From Parcubacteria group bacterium (GTDB taxonomy: Bacteria; Patescibacteriota; Minisyncoccia; Phycocordibacterales; Phycocordibacteraceae), in NCBI GenBank assembly GCA_028286615.1, contig JAQBRG010000005.1, forward strand, positions 913 through 64,912: 64,000 nucleotides of DNA. Direction: 5' to 3'. Of the stretch, positions 18,609 through 27,583 are shown in pieces; position 1 is the stretch's first letter, and the number at the start of each line of letters is the position of its first letter. The notes below the pieces were generated by a model. It was not told the origin of the DNA. It saw nothing but the letters and a program-made list of their open reading frames with translations, and made no database searches. Made by a program: the position numbers and the translations under genes.

Positions 18609-19889
18609 ATGAAAACTATTTTGCGCAGTATTGCTGCATCTATTCTCGCTTCTCTCGCGAGGGGAGTACTGCACCGATACAAGCCGCAGATTGTTATGGT
18701 TACGGGAAGCGTGGGGAAGACCTCAACCAAAGACGCTCTTGCAGCCTGTCTCTCCACGCATTATTTCTTACGAGCAAGCGACAAGAGTTATAACAGCGAG
18801 TTCGGCGTACCCCTTACGATAATCGGAGTTAAGACTCCTTGGAACAATCCCATTGAATGGATCAAAGTGTTTTGGGAAGGATTCGTTCTCCAAATACTCC
18901 CAAGCCACTACCCAAACCTTTTAGTACTTGAAGTTGGTGCAGACAGACCCGGAGACCTCGCAAAGATTTTAAAGATAGCAACGCCAGATCTAGTTGTTGT
19001 TACAAGGCTCCCTGAAGTGCCTGTGCATGTTGAAGCATACGCAGGCCCACAAGCTGTGCGCGAAGAAGAGTTCCTCCCAGCGCTCGCGCTTCCTGCGGGA
19101 GCGCCGCTCATCCTTTCAGCAGACGACATATACGCACGCCAGATGGCTGCACGCCTACAAGCTAAGGTTATTACCTATGGCTATGCGGAAGACGCAGATG
19201 TGCGGCTTCTCGATAGCAGCTTCACTGACACTGGCCTCCCAGGTATGTGCGCCGATATAGATACAGGAGAAGGAAAGTGCAGACTCGAGGCGCGAGGTGT
19301 ACTTGGACGGCAGCAATTGTTTGCGCCTGCTGCAGCGTTCGCTGCTGCTCGCGAGCTAGGCCTTACCGCTAAAGAAGCTCTGAAAGGACTCTCTCGTTAC
19401 AGCCCTCCACCAGGCCGTGCCCGTATCCTTCCTGGCAAGCACCACTCGCTCATAATTGATGACACCTATAATGCTTCTCCTGCAGCTGTTGAAGAAGCAC
19501 TCGCAGCCCTTATGCTTATAGGAAACGCTAAGCGACGTATTGCAGTGCTTGGAGACATGCTTGAGCTCGGACGTTATTCAGTTGAAGAGCATGCACGTAT
19601 AGGAAAACTTGCCGCGAAGGAAGTTGATATGCTCATAACTGTAGGGTCTCGTGCCCGAAGCATGCGCACCGCAGCGATTGAAGCCGGTATGGCTGAAGGA
19701 CTCGCCCTGTCATATGACACGCCCAAAGAAGCAGCCGATTTCATACTAGAGACTCTCAAGGAAGGGGATGTGGTACTGCTTAAGGGCTCGCAATCTGTAC
19801 GTATGGAGCGAGCAGTTGAAATGCTTCTTCTAGACTCGGCTGACGTTAAGCAGCTGGTCCGCCAGGAGAAAGAGTGGCTAGGGAGATAA
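18609..19889 (+). CDS. murF: UDP-N-acetylmuramoyl-tripeptide--D-alanyl-D-alanine ligase
   Basis: Mur ligase P-loop VTGSVGKTSTKD and the MurF-type DDTYNASP motif. Confidence 0.8.
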   Translation: MKTILRSIAASILASLARGVLHRYKPQIVMVTGSVGKTSTKDALAACLSTHYFLRASDKSYNSEFGVPLTIIGVKTPWNNPIEWIKVFWEGFVLQILPSHYPNLLVLEVGADRPGDLAKILKIATPDLVVVTRLPEVPVHVEAYAGPQAVREEEFLPALALPAGAPLILSADDIYARQMAARLQAKVITYGYAEDADVRLLDSSFTDTGLPGMCADIDTGEGKCRLEARGVLGRQQLFAPAAAFAAARELGLTAKEALKGLSRYSPPPGRARILPGKHHSLIIDDTYNASPAAVEEALAALMLIGNAKRRIAVLGDMLELGRYSVEEHARIGKLAAKEVDMLITVGSRARSMRTAAIEAGMAEGLALSYDTPKEAADFILETLKEGDVVLLKGSQSVRMERAVEMLLLDSADVKQLVRQEKEWLGR

Positions 19890-19905
19890 AAACGAAGACC
19901 ATCTC

Positions 19906-20265
19906 TCAAGACGGTCTAAGGTGCACACGCACTATTTCTATTAATTCTTCTGAAGCACAAGGTTCTTGAATGTACTGAGCGGCACCTTTCTGCAGGTACT
20001 TAATTCGGTGTTCGGAATCGCGCGTCGTGCCTAGGACGAGTATGGGTATTGGATATCTTTTGCGAATATTTTCAATACACTCAAACGCGTTTAGGTAATC
20101 CTCCCGATCTCGTATAAGCACCACGCTGCATTTAGACCTACGGATCCTAGTGAGTGCGTCTTTCTCGGTGTCAACGGTTGTTACTTTCAATCCGGCTTCT
20201 TCCAAGTATGTTTTTATCCGGTTTTGCGCCGTGAAGTCCCCATCGATGTGGAGCACTCGTGGCAT
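19906..20265 (-). CDS. stand-alone response-regulator receiver domain protein
   Basis: 119-aa CheY-like fold (HIDGD ... VVLIRD ... ILVLGT). No output domain and no adjacent kinase. Confidence 0.5.
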   Translation of the reverse strand: MPRVLHIDGDFTAQNRIKTYLEEAGLKVTTVDTEKDALTRIRRSKCSVVLIRDREDYLNAFECIENIRKRYPIPILVLGTTRDSEHRIKYLQKGAAQYIQEPCASEELIEIVRVHLRPS

Positions 20266-20371
20266 GTGCGCTCCTTTTCCTGCTGCCCCCGCTTACTCTA
20301 GAGAGCCAGCAGGGAAGTGTCAAACCCAGGACTTCCGTATGGGTCAAATCTCTGCTATAAAACACATACAT

Positions 20372-20443
20372 GGCCCTATCGTCTAACGGTTAGGACGCTA
20401 GCCTCTCACGCTGGAAATCGGGGTTCGATTCCCCGTAGGGTCA
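20372..20443 (+). tRNA. tRNA-Glu (anticodon CUC), no encoded CCA
   Basis: Cloverleaf: acceptor GGCCCTA/TAGGGTC, D-arm TCGTCTAACGGTTAGGAC, anticodon loop CTCTCAC, T-arm CGGGGTTCGATTCCCCG. Confidence 0.8.
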
Positions 20444-20515
20444 CAGATTTTAGAGCCTTGATATACAGGGCCGTACAGAGGTACCTAAGTAGTCGTTGGA
20501 AAACTAAAGAAAAAA

Positions 20516-20545
20516 TCCCGCCGTGCCTTGTGAGCGACGGCGGGA
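20516..20545 (-). terminator. intrinsic terminator of the high-GC gene 20572..21693
   Basis: tcccgccgt...acggcggga 9-bp stem followed on the minus strand by a T-run. Confidence 0.5.
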
Positions 20546-20571
20546 CCAGTTGAATCGAATGTATTTGGTTC

Positions 20572-21693
20572 TTAGAAGAGCGTCGGACGAACCTCCGCTC
20601 CTTCGTAGATTTTCAGCCAGCCCTCCTGGAGGAACCAGGGCGGAACGTGCGCCTTTTCAAGCGTCCCTTCCGCCTCCAGCGTGCGGTATCCCCACACACA
20701 GTACTCCTCGGAGCCACGAGCAACATGTCCATGTCCGCTGTGATCGGCTTGCGGCCACGGAGACCGTTGGCCGAGCTCGAGTAGGCGGTTGTGTGCGCAT
20801 TTCATCGGGGCCCGGAAGCCGCCGCTGATCTCCACGTACCGCTTGCCCTGACCGAGAGCGGCGCGCAGGAGCTCTACGAGCTCCTCCACACCTTCTCTTG
20901 AACGGAGCTTGGTCGTGATTAGTCTGACGCTCATTGACCGGCCGGTCGCGTAGAAGGGATGCTTTACGTTCTTCCAGCTGCTTCCAAAGTTGTTGTTACT
21001 GTGTCGGTCGGACTGAGCGGCCTTCGGGCAGTAGATGCTGCGCACCGCGTTGCCGCGAATGTATGCATCGGTGTCACCATTGACCATGCCGACCGACTCC
21101 CATCCGTTCATCACGGGATGGTAGGACGGGACAATATGCAGGTGGTCGTTGTGGGTCGGCACCCACTCACTATGCCAGAAGATGAAGCGGTCTGGCTTCG
21201 CAACCGTAAACTGCAGGCCGACCTCGTTGTCGAAGATCGTGCGCTGCGGAATTAGGCTGTAGCGAAGGCTCGGGTGACCGACTTGAAAGACGGCCGCCTG
21301 AAGCGCCTCGTCGGCGGTCTTATGGACCGCGACGATCACGTCCACCCGAATAGGACGAAGGTGCTTCACGATCGTCTCGCGATCGAGCTTCTGGATTTCG
21401 TCGGGGATAAGCCCGAAGTCCATCAGCCGGCGCGAGTCGGAGGCCGTGAGATTGTGGTTGCGATATTCCGCGACCATCAGGCCGCCCATGGCCGGCGTGC
21501 GGCGGTTCTTCACGAACTGCTGAGCATGCGACGCCGCAAGGCGTAGCACGGAGAGCTGAGTGTTGTCAGACGAATCGGCATAAAGCACGATCTCGTCGAC
21601 CTGGTCCAAGTAGTCGAGGTGGATTTCAGCCACAGGCTTTTTACCCTTGGACACAATCCACACCTGGCCGTTGAGTTGCAGCTTGAAGGACAT
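20572..21693 (-). CDS. hypothetical protein, possibly metallophosphoesterase-like; high-GC island next to tRNA-Glu
   Basis: 373-aa ORF with GC much higher than neighbours; weak DHLH...GDTDAYIRGN...GHGH motif series. Plus-strand ORFs inside it are GC artefacts. Confidence 0.4.
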   Translation of the reverse strand: MSFKLQLNGQVWIVSKGKKPVAEIHLDYLDQVDEIVLYADSSDNTQLSVLRLAASHAQQFVKNRRTPAMGGLMVAEYRNHNLTASDSRRLMDFGLIPDEIQKLDRETIVKHLRPIRVDVIVAVHKTADEALQAAVFQVGHPSLRYSLIPQRTIFDNEVGLQFTVAKPDRFIFWHSEWVPTHNDHLHIVPSYHPVMNGWESVGMVNGDTDAYIRGNAVRSIYCPKAAQSDRHSNNNFGSSWKNVKHPFYATGRSMSVRLITTKLRSREGVEELVELLRAALGQGKRYVEISGGFRAPMKCAHNRLLELGQRSPWPQADHSGHGHVARGSEEYCVWGYRTLEAEGTLEKAHVPPWFLQEGWLKIYEGAEVRPTLF

Positions 21694-21960
21694 CTTTAAA
21701 CCCTTTCATTCGTTTATGTTGGATCTGTTTCCTGCCTAATATAATACACCGAAATTAGCTAATTTGTCAAACTTTTGTGCCGCTATTCCTTATTTCTAAT
21801 CCCTAAAGACAGTATCTAGACGAGTTCTAGCTCCCGTTCAAGAGAGCGGCCAAACACAAGCCAGGAATTAAGCTCTGAAACCAGAGGGTTCCAATTACGA
21901 CTAATTTGGGTCACATTCATATTAGGTCGTTTGCATAAGACCATAAGGTATTATTTACCT

Positions 21961-22401
21961 ATGGAATTTAGAAACAGGGAACTCACAAATCGCCCGCTCT
22001 TCCCGGTAGGGATTAACATCTTTGTAATACGTGATGGGAAGATACTCCTAGGCAAGAGAAAGTCCTCATATCATGACGGTGAATGGGGAGTGCCAGGAGG
22101 ACATCTTGAAGAAGGAGAGAAGATGCTTGAGTGCGCTGCCCGCGAGCTCCTAGAGGAAACAGGACTAACTGCTACTACTCTAGAGTTTGTTATTACAGAC
22201 AACGATCCCAGACAAGACAAATTTCATTACGTGCATTTTGGCTTCTTGGCTGAAAACACGATTGGCGAACCAAAACTCATGGAGCCGGAGTGTTGTTACG
22301 GTTGGGAATGGTTCCCGCTGAATGAACTCCCAAGCCCGATATTCATAGGACACCAGAAGATAATCCAAGGATTTATCGACGGGAAACAATTCCTAGATTA
22401 A
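21961..22401 (+). CDS. NUDIX hydrolase
   Basis: Nudix box GEWGVPGGHLEEGEKMLECAARELLEETGL. Confidence 0.75.
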   Translation: MEFRNRELTNRPLFPVGINIFVIRDGKILLGKRKSSYHDGEWGVPGGHLEEGEKMLECAARELLEETGLTATTLEFVITDNDPRQDKFHYVHFGFLAENTIGEPKLMEPECCYGWEWFPLNELPSPIFIGHQKIIQGFIDGKQFLD

Positions 22402-22490
22402 GTCCATATTTAAAGCTCCATTGCTAGGTATATTGACGTTATCTCAACAAGCAGCATAATCACAAGGTTCTTTAAAAAGAAAGGTAAGTC

Positions 22491-22952
22491 ATGCCAGGTC
22501 CAGGTAGAGAGCTGTATTGCGTAGCGTATGGAACGCTTCTCAATCCGCTGATATTGCAGAAATGCGCACCAAATGCCAGGTTTATGGGTATCGCAGAAAT
22601 TGAGAACTACGAACTGGTGTTTGATGGGCAATCCAGAAATCGGCCGGGAGCAACGGCTAATATCGTGTATGCTCCTGGCTATACTGTGTGGGGTGCGCTC
22701 TACTGCATCCCTGTTTCAGACCAGGAAGGCCTCAACGCCTTTGAAGGTTGCCCTGAGCACTACAATCTGGAGCAAGTCGATATCCTGCTGCCAAACGGCA
22801 GAAAGATGATGGCTTCAGCATACTGCAGAACAGGACGTGAAAAAGGGAAGCCCTGCAAGAGTTATTTGAAAGATGTGGTGGACGGCGCAGAACATCGTGG
22901 ACTGCCTGCATCCTATATCTACAGACTTGAGGATATCGAAACCGTAGACTAG
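22491..22952 (+). CDS. gamma-glutamylcyclotransferase (AIG2/GGCT-like) family protein
   Basis: YCVAYGTLLNP N-terminal motif and overall GGCT-like fold signature; 153 aa. Confidence 0.6.
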   Translation: MPGPGRELYCVAYGTLLNPLILQKCAPNARFMGIAEIENYELVFDGQSRNRPGATANIVYAPGYTVWGALYCIPVSDQEGLNAFEGCPEHYNLEQVDILLPNGRKMMASAYCRTGREKGKPCKSYLKDVVDGAEHRGLPASYIYRLEDIETVD

Positions 22953-23064
22953 CTCCCAGGTAATGAAACCTAAGTGCATAAGAGCTCTCAAACCAACATG
23001 GCGCGAGAGTTCTTTTACGTTTCCCCATGAAGAAACCTCGTGTGAGCGAAGAGTCTCCACGAGG

Positions 23065-23277
23065 TTAAGGTTTTGCATCAACGATAAAGGTCACAATGGC
23101 TTTCCCGTCATGAAGGTCTCCGAGTGTAACCTTGATGCCCAAGCATTCGTTAGGAATGTTGACTATGCTCCCTGGTTTTCCTCCAAGCTGCTTAGCCAGG
23201 GTAATTGCACAGGTGGCTGCGTTGTGTGCAGCGATAAGAAAGTCTTCTTGGATTTCAGGTGCCTCAGACTCGGACAT
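23065..23277 (-). CDS. hypothetical small protein
   Basis: 70-aa ORF with protein-like composition; the overlapping plus-strand ORF looks like noise. Confidence 0.25.
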   Translation of the reverse strand: MSESEAPEIQEDFLIAAHNAATCAITLAKQLGGKPGSIVNIPNECLGIKVTLGDLHDGKAIVTFIVDAKP

Positions 23278-23343
23278 TTCACGTCCTCCAGAATTGCTCT
23301 GCAGATAGCATACGGCATTTTCTTATAAATACACCTCGTGGAA

Positions 23344-24171
23344 TTAATACCTTTTCTTCCAGTATCCAAACAATTTTCCAATAGGTACAAAGGTACCAAT
23401 CTTTCTCCTACGTATCGAAAGTGCGAAGCCGGTGGTGCCAAGTTCTTCCCCAATGCGCTCTGCGAGAGAACGCATATACGTACCAGACCCGCACACAACT
23501 CTCAGTCTCAATACATAGAAGCTTCTTTCATGAATTGCGGCAAACAATGTCTTCCAACCAACACGAATAACATCCTGTCTAAAGTCTGCACCAAGTACTT
23601 TGGAAGGTTCGTCCGAACGCGGTGCCTTAGAAAGGAAGTGCAGAATGCGGGTCTCTAACGTTTCTTTAGGTACGCAACTAACTCCTCGAGAGCGGATGCG
23701 GTACAGCGTCTCTTCATGTATAGGAATATCTATCGTATCGAGCGTTCCTTCAAGCGCGTATTGGAAGAGAGGCTTTCCATTAACCGTCTTAGAGGCGTAC
23801 GCAGGGTAGGGAATGGTGTGTGTGCCAAGCTGGGTATGGAGCATGGCACGAAGCTCAGCGTTCGATATCTTCGTTTCTTTTCCGTGGTACTCGGGAATAC
23901 CAAGCGCGTCTCCTGTATCTGTTTTGAAGTCGAGTACAACTTCTATATCGTATTCCTTGTCGAGATTGGTATATGCATCTTTGTTCTTGCATTCAGCACC
24001 AAGCAACACGAGCAACTTTCCTGAAGCCATAGGATCTAATCTACCTGCATAGCTTGCGGGCATTTCTTTGTATCTCGGGTTACGTACCTTCCACGCCTCA
24101 AGAACCTCAAGCGGCGTTTGCCCAACTTTCTTCTCTAGAACAACGCACTTACGCAGTGTGTTCTTTGCCAT
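23344..24171 (-). CDS. truB: tRNA pseudouridine(55) synthase TruB-family
   Basis: YAGRLDPMASGKLLVLLG catalytic-Asp motif of the TruB pseudouridine synthase family. Confidence 0.75.
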   Translation of the reverse strand: MAKNTLRKCVVLEKKVGQTPLEVLEAWKVRNPRYKEMPASYAGRLDPMASGKLLVLLGAECKNKDAYTNLDKEYDIEVVLDFKTDTGDALGIPEYHGKETKISNAELRAMLHTQLGTHTIPYPAYASKTVNGKPLFQYALEGTLDTIDIPIHEETLYRIRSRGVSCVPKETLETRILHFLSKAPRSDEPSKVLGADFRQDVIRVGWKTLFAAIHERSFYVLRLRVVCGSGTYMRSLAERIGEELGTTGFALSIRRRKIGTFVPIGKLFGYWKKRY

Positions 24172-25411
24172 GGCCTGAAATAGCGTTCGAGGTATTCCTT
24201 AGGAAGAACACGAAGATAAGGAAGCCTATGAAAACAAACACGCTTCCCGCGATCATAGGAGCTGCGGGCGCAAACGATGCTGCCAAGTATCCTGCGATTA
24301 TCGGAGGAATAGCTTGTGCTAGTGCCTGTACTGAAGCGGCAATACCAAGTACGGTACCTTGCTGGTTCTGGTCTCCTGCGCGGCTAATAAGTGCATTAAG
24401 GTTTGCCATTATGAGACCCATACAAACAGCCTGGGGAAGACCAACGAGATAGAGCATCCAGCTGTAGGGAACTAGCGTAAAGCTAAGTACGGTTACTGAT
24501 ACGCCAAGAAGGGCAACCGAGATAATGGCATAGGGAGAGAACCGTTTTGCCATGAAGCCCGTAACAAATGCCTGGGTTAGAGCAATACATACACCGATGA
24601 ATGCAAAGTAGTCTCCGATGTTGCCCTGAGTAAAGCTGAACTTGTACACCATGTATGCACCAAAGAAGGTGGTGAAGAATGCGAACCCGGCCTGGAAGAA
24701 GAAGCTAACGCTGAATATCTTGCGAAGTCTTGGTTCCGCAAAGGCTTTCCAGATATTAATGAAAGACTGTGCAAAGTGCATTGCTTCTGTAGCTTTCTGC
24801 TTAAGAGTCTCGTTAAAGAGGAAGAACACCGCAAGCGCATTTAGGAAGCTAATTGCTGCAGCAAACCAGAATGGCGTTGTTGCATTGAACCAGGGAAGGA
24901 TAGAAGGGTCCGAAAGCTTTCCGCCGAGGAAAGGACCTATGATAAAGCCAATACCGAACGCAGCTCCAAGCGCACCGAAACTCTTTGCCCGGTTCTCAGG
25001 AGTTGTAGAGTCTGCAATAGCCGCTTGAGCCACAGAAATATTTCCGCCTGTTATGCCGTCGAGTGCGCGAGATATGAAGAGAATGGGAATATTCCTCGTA
25101 ATAATGCCTATCGCAAATATCACATACGAGAGGGCAGTACCAAGCAAGGAGAAAGCAAGCACTGGTCTGCGGCCTATACGGTCTGAAAGCTGCCCGAGAA
25201 TAGGTGTTGCGATGAACTGCATCAAAGGGAAGATGGCGGTGAGAAGACCGAGCACTATATACCCCTCAGCAACCGTTAGAGAAGCAAGATAGTATGGGTA
25301 GGTTGGGTCCGTAAGGAGAAGCGGGATAACCGGAATAAGAATACCGATACCAAGCATGTCTACTAAAATGATACAGAAAACGATAACCAGCGGACTTTTG
25401 AGTTTATGCAT
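24149..25411 (-). CDS. MFS transporter (drug:H+ antiporter-like)
   Basis: 12 predicted TM helices, GxLaDrxGrR-like motif (GQLSDRIGRRP). Confidence 0.8.
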   Translation of the reverse strand: MHKLKSPLVIVFCIILVDMLGIGILIPVIPLLLTDPTYPYYLASLTVAEGYIVLGLLTAIFPLMQFIATPILGQLSDRIGRRPVLAFSLLGTALSYVIFAIGIITRNIPILFISRALDGITGGNISVAQAAIADSTTPENRAKSFGALGAAFGIGFIIGPFLGGKLSDPSILPWFNATTPFWFAAAISFLNALAVFFLFNETLKQKATEAMHFAQSFINIWKAFAEPRLRKIFSVSFFFQAGFAFFTTFFGAYMVYKFSFTQGNIGDYFAFIGVCIALTQAFVTGFMAKRFSPYAIISVALLGVSVTVLSFTLVPYSWMLYLVGLPQAVCMGLIMANLNALISRAGDQNQQGTVLGIAASVQALAQAIPPIIAGYLAASFAPAAPMIAGSVFVFIGFLIFVFFLRNTSNAISGHGKEHTA

Positions 25412-25510
25412 AGGTAAATTGATAGTACCAGGATTAGATGAAGATTTGTATTAATAGAGAAAAGGCCCTGGCTTATGCGCCAGGGCCTTTGCTTCACTAC
25501 TAAGAACTTT

Positions 25511-26200
25511 TTACGTGCAAGCCATGTCAGATAAATCACGAAAGCTATATCCGAACCCCCAAATCGTGACAATACCAGCGGTGGCCTTCGCACCCGCCAG
25601 TTTCTTGCGGACATTTGAGACATACACACCAATTATGCGATTCTCAGGCGCGTCACCGTGTCCGTAAAGGTGTTGCAGAAAACTCTCAGATTCAATAGGA
25701 ATATTCTTGCGAAGCATAAGCAACTCGAGAACCCCAAATTCTTTAGGCTTTAGGTTAAGACGCGAGTCTCCAACATACACACATCTTTCGTTTATGCGAA
25801 GACATACATTGCCGAGCTCAATCGAAGGGCGAGCATGTCCTAACGATCGACGGCTAACAGCCCGAGTACGGGCAATTAACTCATCCTGGTGAAAGGGCCT
25901 GGATAGGAAATCATCTGCGCCAGCCTCTAGGTAACTTACTTTAATGTCGACTGCTTGCGTCTGACCTAAAACAATTACAGGAGTGTCTATTTTGGCTGCT
26001 CGCAATGCCTTAAGCACTTGAAGACCATACATGTCAGGCAGCTTGAGACTAAGCGTAATAAGGTCGTACTCGTATACCTTAGCCAAATCAATAGCTTCTT
26101 CACCCAGGTCAGTTACCTGGACAATAAAGCCTGCCGTTTTGAGCATGAGTTCAACTGACTGCGCAACCGACGAATCATTTTCAACAACCAAAATACGCAT
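25511..26200 (-). CDS. OmpR-family winged-helix response regulator; atypical, phospho-acceptor Asp replaced by Ser
   Basis: Receiver plus trans_reg_C domains. The expected D sits in YDLITLSLKLPDMYG where the canonical sequence is ..LDL.LP..DG. No sensor kinase adjacent. Confidence 0.75.
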   Translation of the reverse strand: MRILVVENDSSVAQSVELMLKTAGFIVQVTDLGEEAIDLAKVYEYDLITLSLKLPDMYGLQVLKALRAAKIDTPVIVLGQTQAVDIKVSYLEAGADDFLSRPFHQDELIARTRAVSRRSLGHARPSIELGNVCLRINERCVYVGDSRLNLKPKEFGVLELLMLRKNIPIESESFLQHLYGHGDAPENRIIGVYVSNVRKKLAGAKATAGIVTIWGFGYSFRDLSDMACT

Positions 26201-26351
26201 TTCAAACCCCTTATTGTGATTGCGATCTGTATAAGAACAGAACCTGTGGGCAGCATAGCCTTGCAGGCATTTTAGTCAATAAAAGACGTTTTTGAATATA
26301 AATAAACAACGCCCTGCATTCTGCAAGGCGAAGTGTTTTGGTTCAGGCTGG

Positions 26352-26702
26352 TTAGCCTGTTGCTCGAAATACATTCAGGATTTCAAACGAGGGTCTGATT
26401 ACGCGGGAACGAAACCCGAAGTATTTCTCAGTAAGGCGAGCGAAGTCGTTCGCGTCTTTCTGAACCTTCTGCATATTCCTCCCAAGGGAGACGTAGTTAG
26501 TGAGGGCAACGCTGCCTTGCTCTGAGATAATACCCAGAGGTCGACCCGTGTCCTTACGGAAAGCCTTGAATTGGCTAGCGAAGAATTGCAGGTCTGCGCA
26601 TATCCTTTCGAAGCCGCTGTCGGTGACGACGGCGGTCAGATTGGTCACACACGAGGTGTCGATCAGTGTTGGGCAAAGAACATTCAAGTCATAGAAGATC
26701 AT
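26352..26702 (-). CDS. hypothetical protein
   Basis: 116-aa ORF. The start is uncertain because a strong hairpin abuts the ATG. Confidence 0.3.
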   Translation of the reverse strand: MIFYDLNVLCPTLIDTSCVTNLTAVVTDSGFERICADLQFFASQFKAFRKDTGRPLGIISEQGSVALTNYVSLGRNMQKVQKDANDFARLTEKYFGFRSRVIRPSFEILNVFRATG

Positions 26703-26824
26703 GGTGTTTCTCTCAAAAAAGGTTGAGAGAACACCCCGCCATCAAGTTTTCTTGTTTTTGGTACTACCGAAACTATAGCACACTTTTAGAATAAAAGGAA
26801 AGGCGAGCAGTGCTCGCCAGTGCC

Positions 26825-27118
26825 TTAATCGTAGGTGCTAACGGGAATTACGTCCTCGTTGGTCTCCTTAAGATGAGCTTTCAATTCCGCTTCTTGCTTC
26901 AGACGGTATTCGTCTGCAACGCTTGCGGCTAACTGCTTTTTGACTTTGTTTTTCTCCCTTCTGAGGGCACCCGCTTTCTTAGCAGCTTCTGCGGCTCTTT
27001 GCCGCATTTCAGAAATTGCTTTCGGGTTCCCACTTTCGAGTACTCGACGTACAAACTCGGGAGCACGGCGCTGTTGAGGCATCGACGTTCTCTTTCCACT
27101 AAGGCCTTCTAGTCCCAT
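26825..27118 (-). CDS. hypothetical Lys/Ala-rich small protein
   Basis: 97-aa ORF followed by a terminator hairpin (ggcgagcagtgctcgcc). Confidence 0.3.
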   Translation of the reverse strand: MGLEGLSGKRTSMPQQRRAPEFVRRVLESGNPKAISEMRQRAAEAAKKAGALRREKNKVKKQLAASVADEYRLKQEAELKAHLKETNEDVIPVSTYD

Positions 27119-27125
27119 TTTATAT

Positions 27126-27581
27126 TTAAGAAAGGAGACTGTCTATAACTTCCTTAACGACATTTCCGTCTGCCTGCCCTTTAAAATCCTTCATGATTGA
27201 ACCCATGAATTTGCCGGCATCAGCTTTGCTCGTAACACCCGCCTCAGCAAGTTTTGCTTTTACAATCGCTTCAATCTCTTCTCGAGATATCTGAGCTGGA
27301 AGGAAAGACTCAATAATAGCAAGCTCCTTATATTCAGGTTCAGCAAGTTCAGGACGTCCACCTTTGTTGAATTGCTCTATAGAATCCTTGCGCTGGTTAG
27401 CAGCACGCTTAAGTACAGCAAGTGCTTCGTCGTCTGTAAGAAATTCGTCAGGTTTGCGCTTCTTCGCAACAACTTCGTTTGTCATGGCCGTAACAACTGA
27501 ACGAAGGGTACGTAGCTTGTCTTCGTCTTTGGCACGAAGCGCGTCTGGAATACCGGCTTTAATATCTTGGTGTATGGGCAT
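27126..27581 (-). CDS. GatB/YqeY domain protein
   Basis: 151 aa matching the YqeY family (..LR...L....K...E...E.L.....E..IIE.FLP..). Confidence 0.75.
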   Translation of the reverse strand: MPIHQDIKAGIPDALRAKDEDKLRTLRSVVTAMTNEVVAKKRKPDEFLTDDEALAVLKRAANQRKDSIEQFNKGGRPELAEPEYKELAIIESFLPAQISREEIEAIVKAKLAEAGVTSKADAGKFMGSIMKDFKGQADGNVVKEVIDSLLS

Positions 27582-27583
27582 GG

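Noticed and set aside
20523-21546. Plus-strand ORFs 20523..20828, 20959..21255, 21274..21546
   Set aside because: They lie antisense inside the 373-aa high-GC gene. Compositional artefacts with Arg/Ala/Val-rich translations.
20444-21930. Direct repeat of the tRNA-Glu 3' end marking an island boundary
   Set aside because: I could not find a convincing copy of the tRNA 3' segment downstream by eye. The island call rests only on composition and tRNA adjacency.
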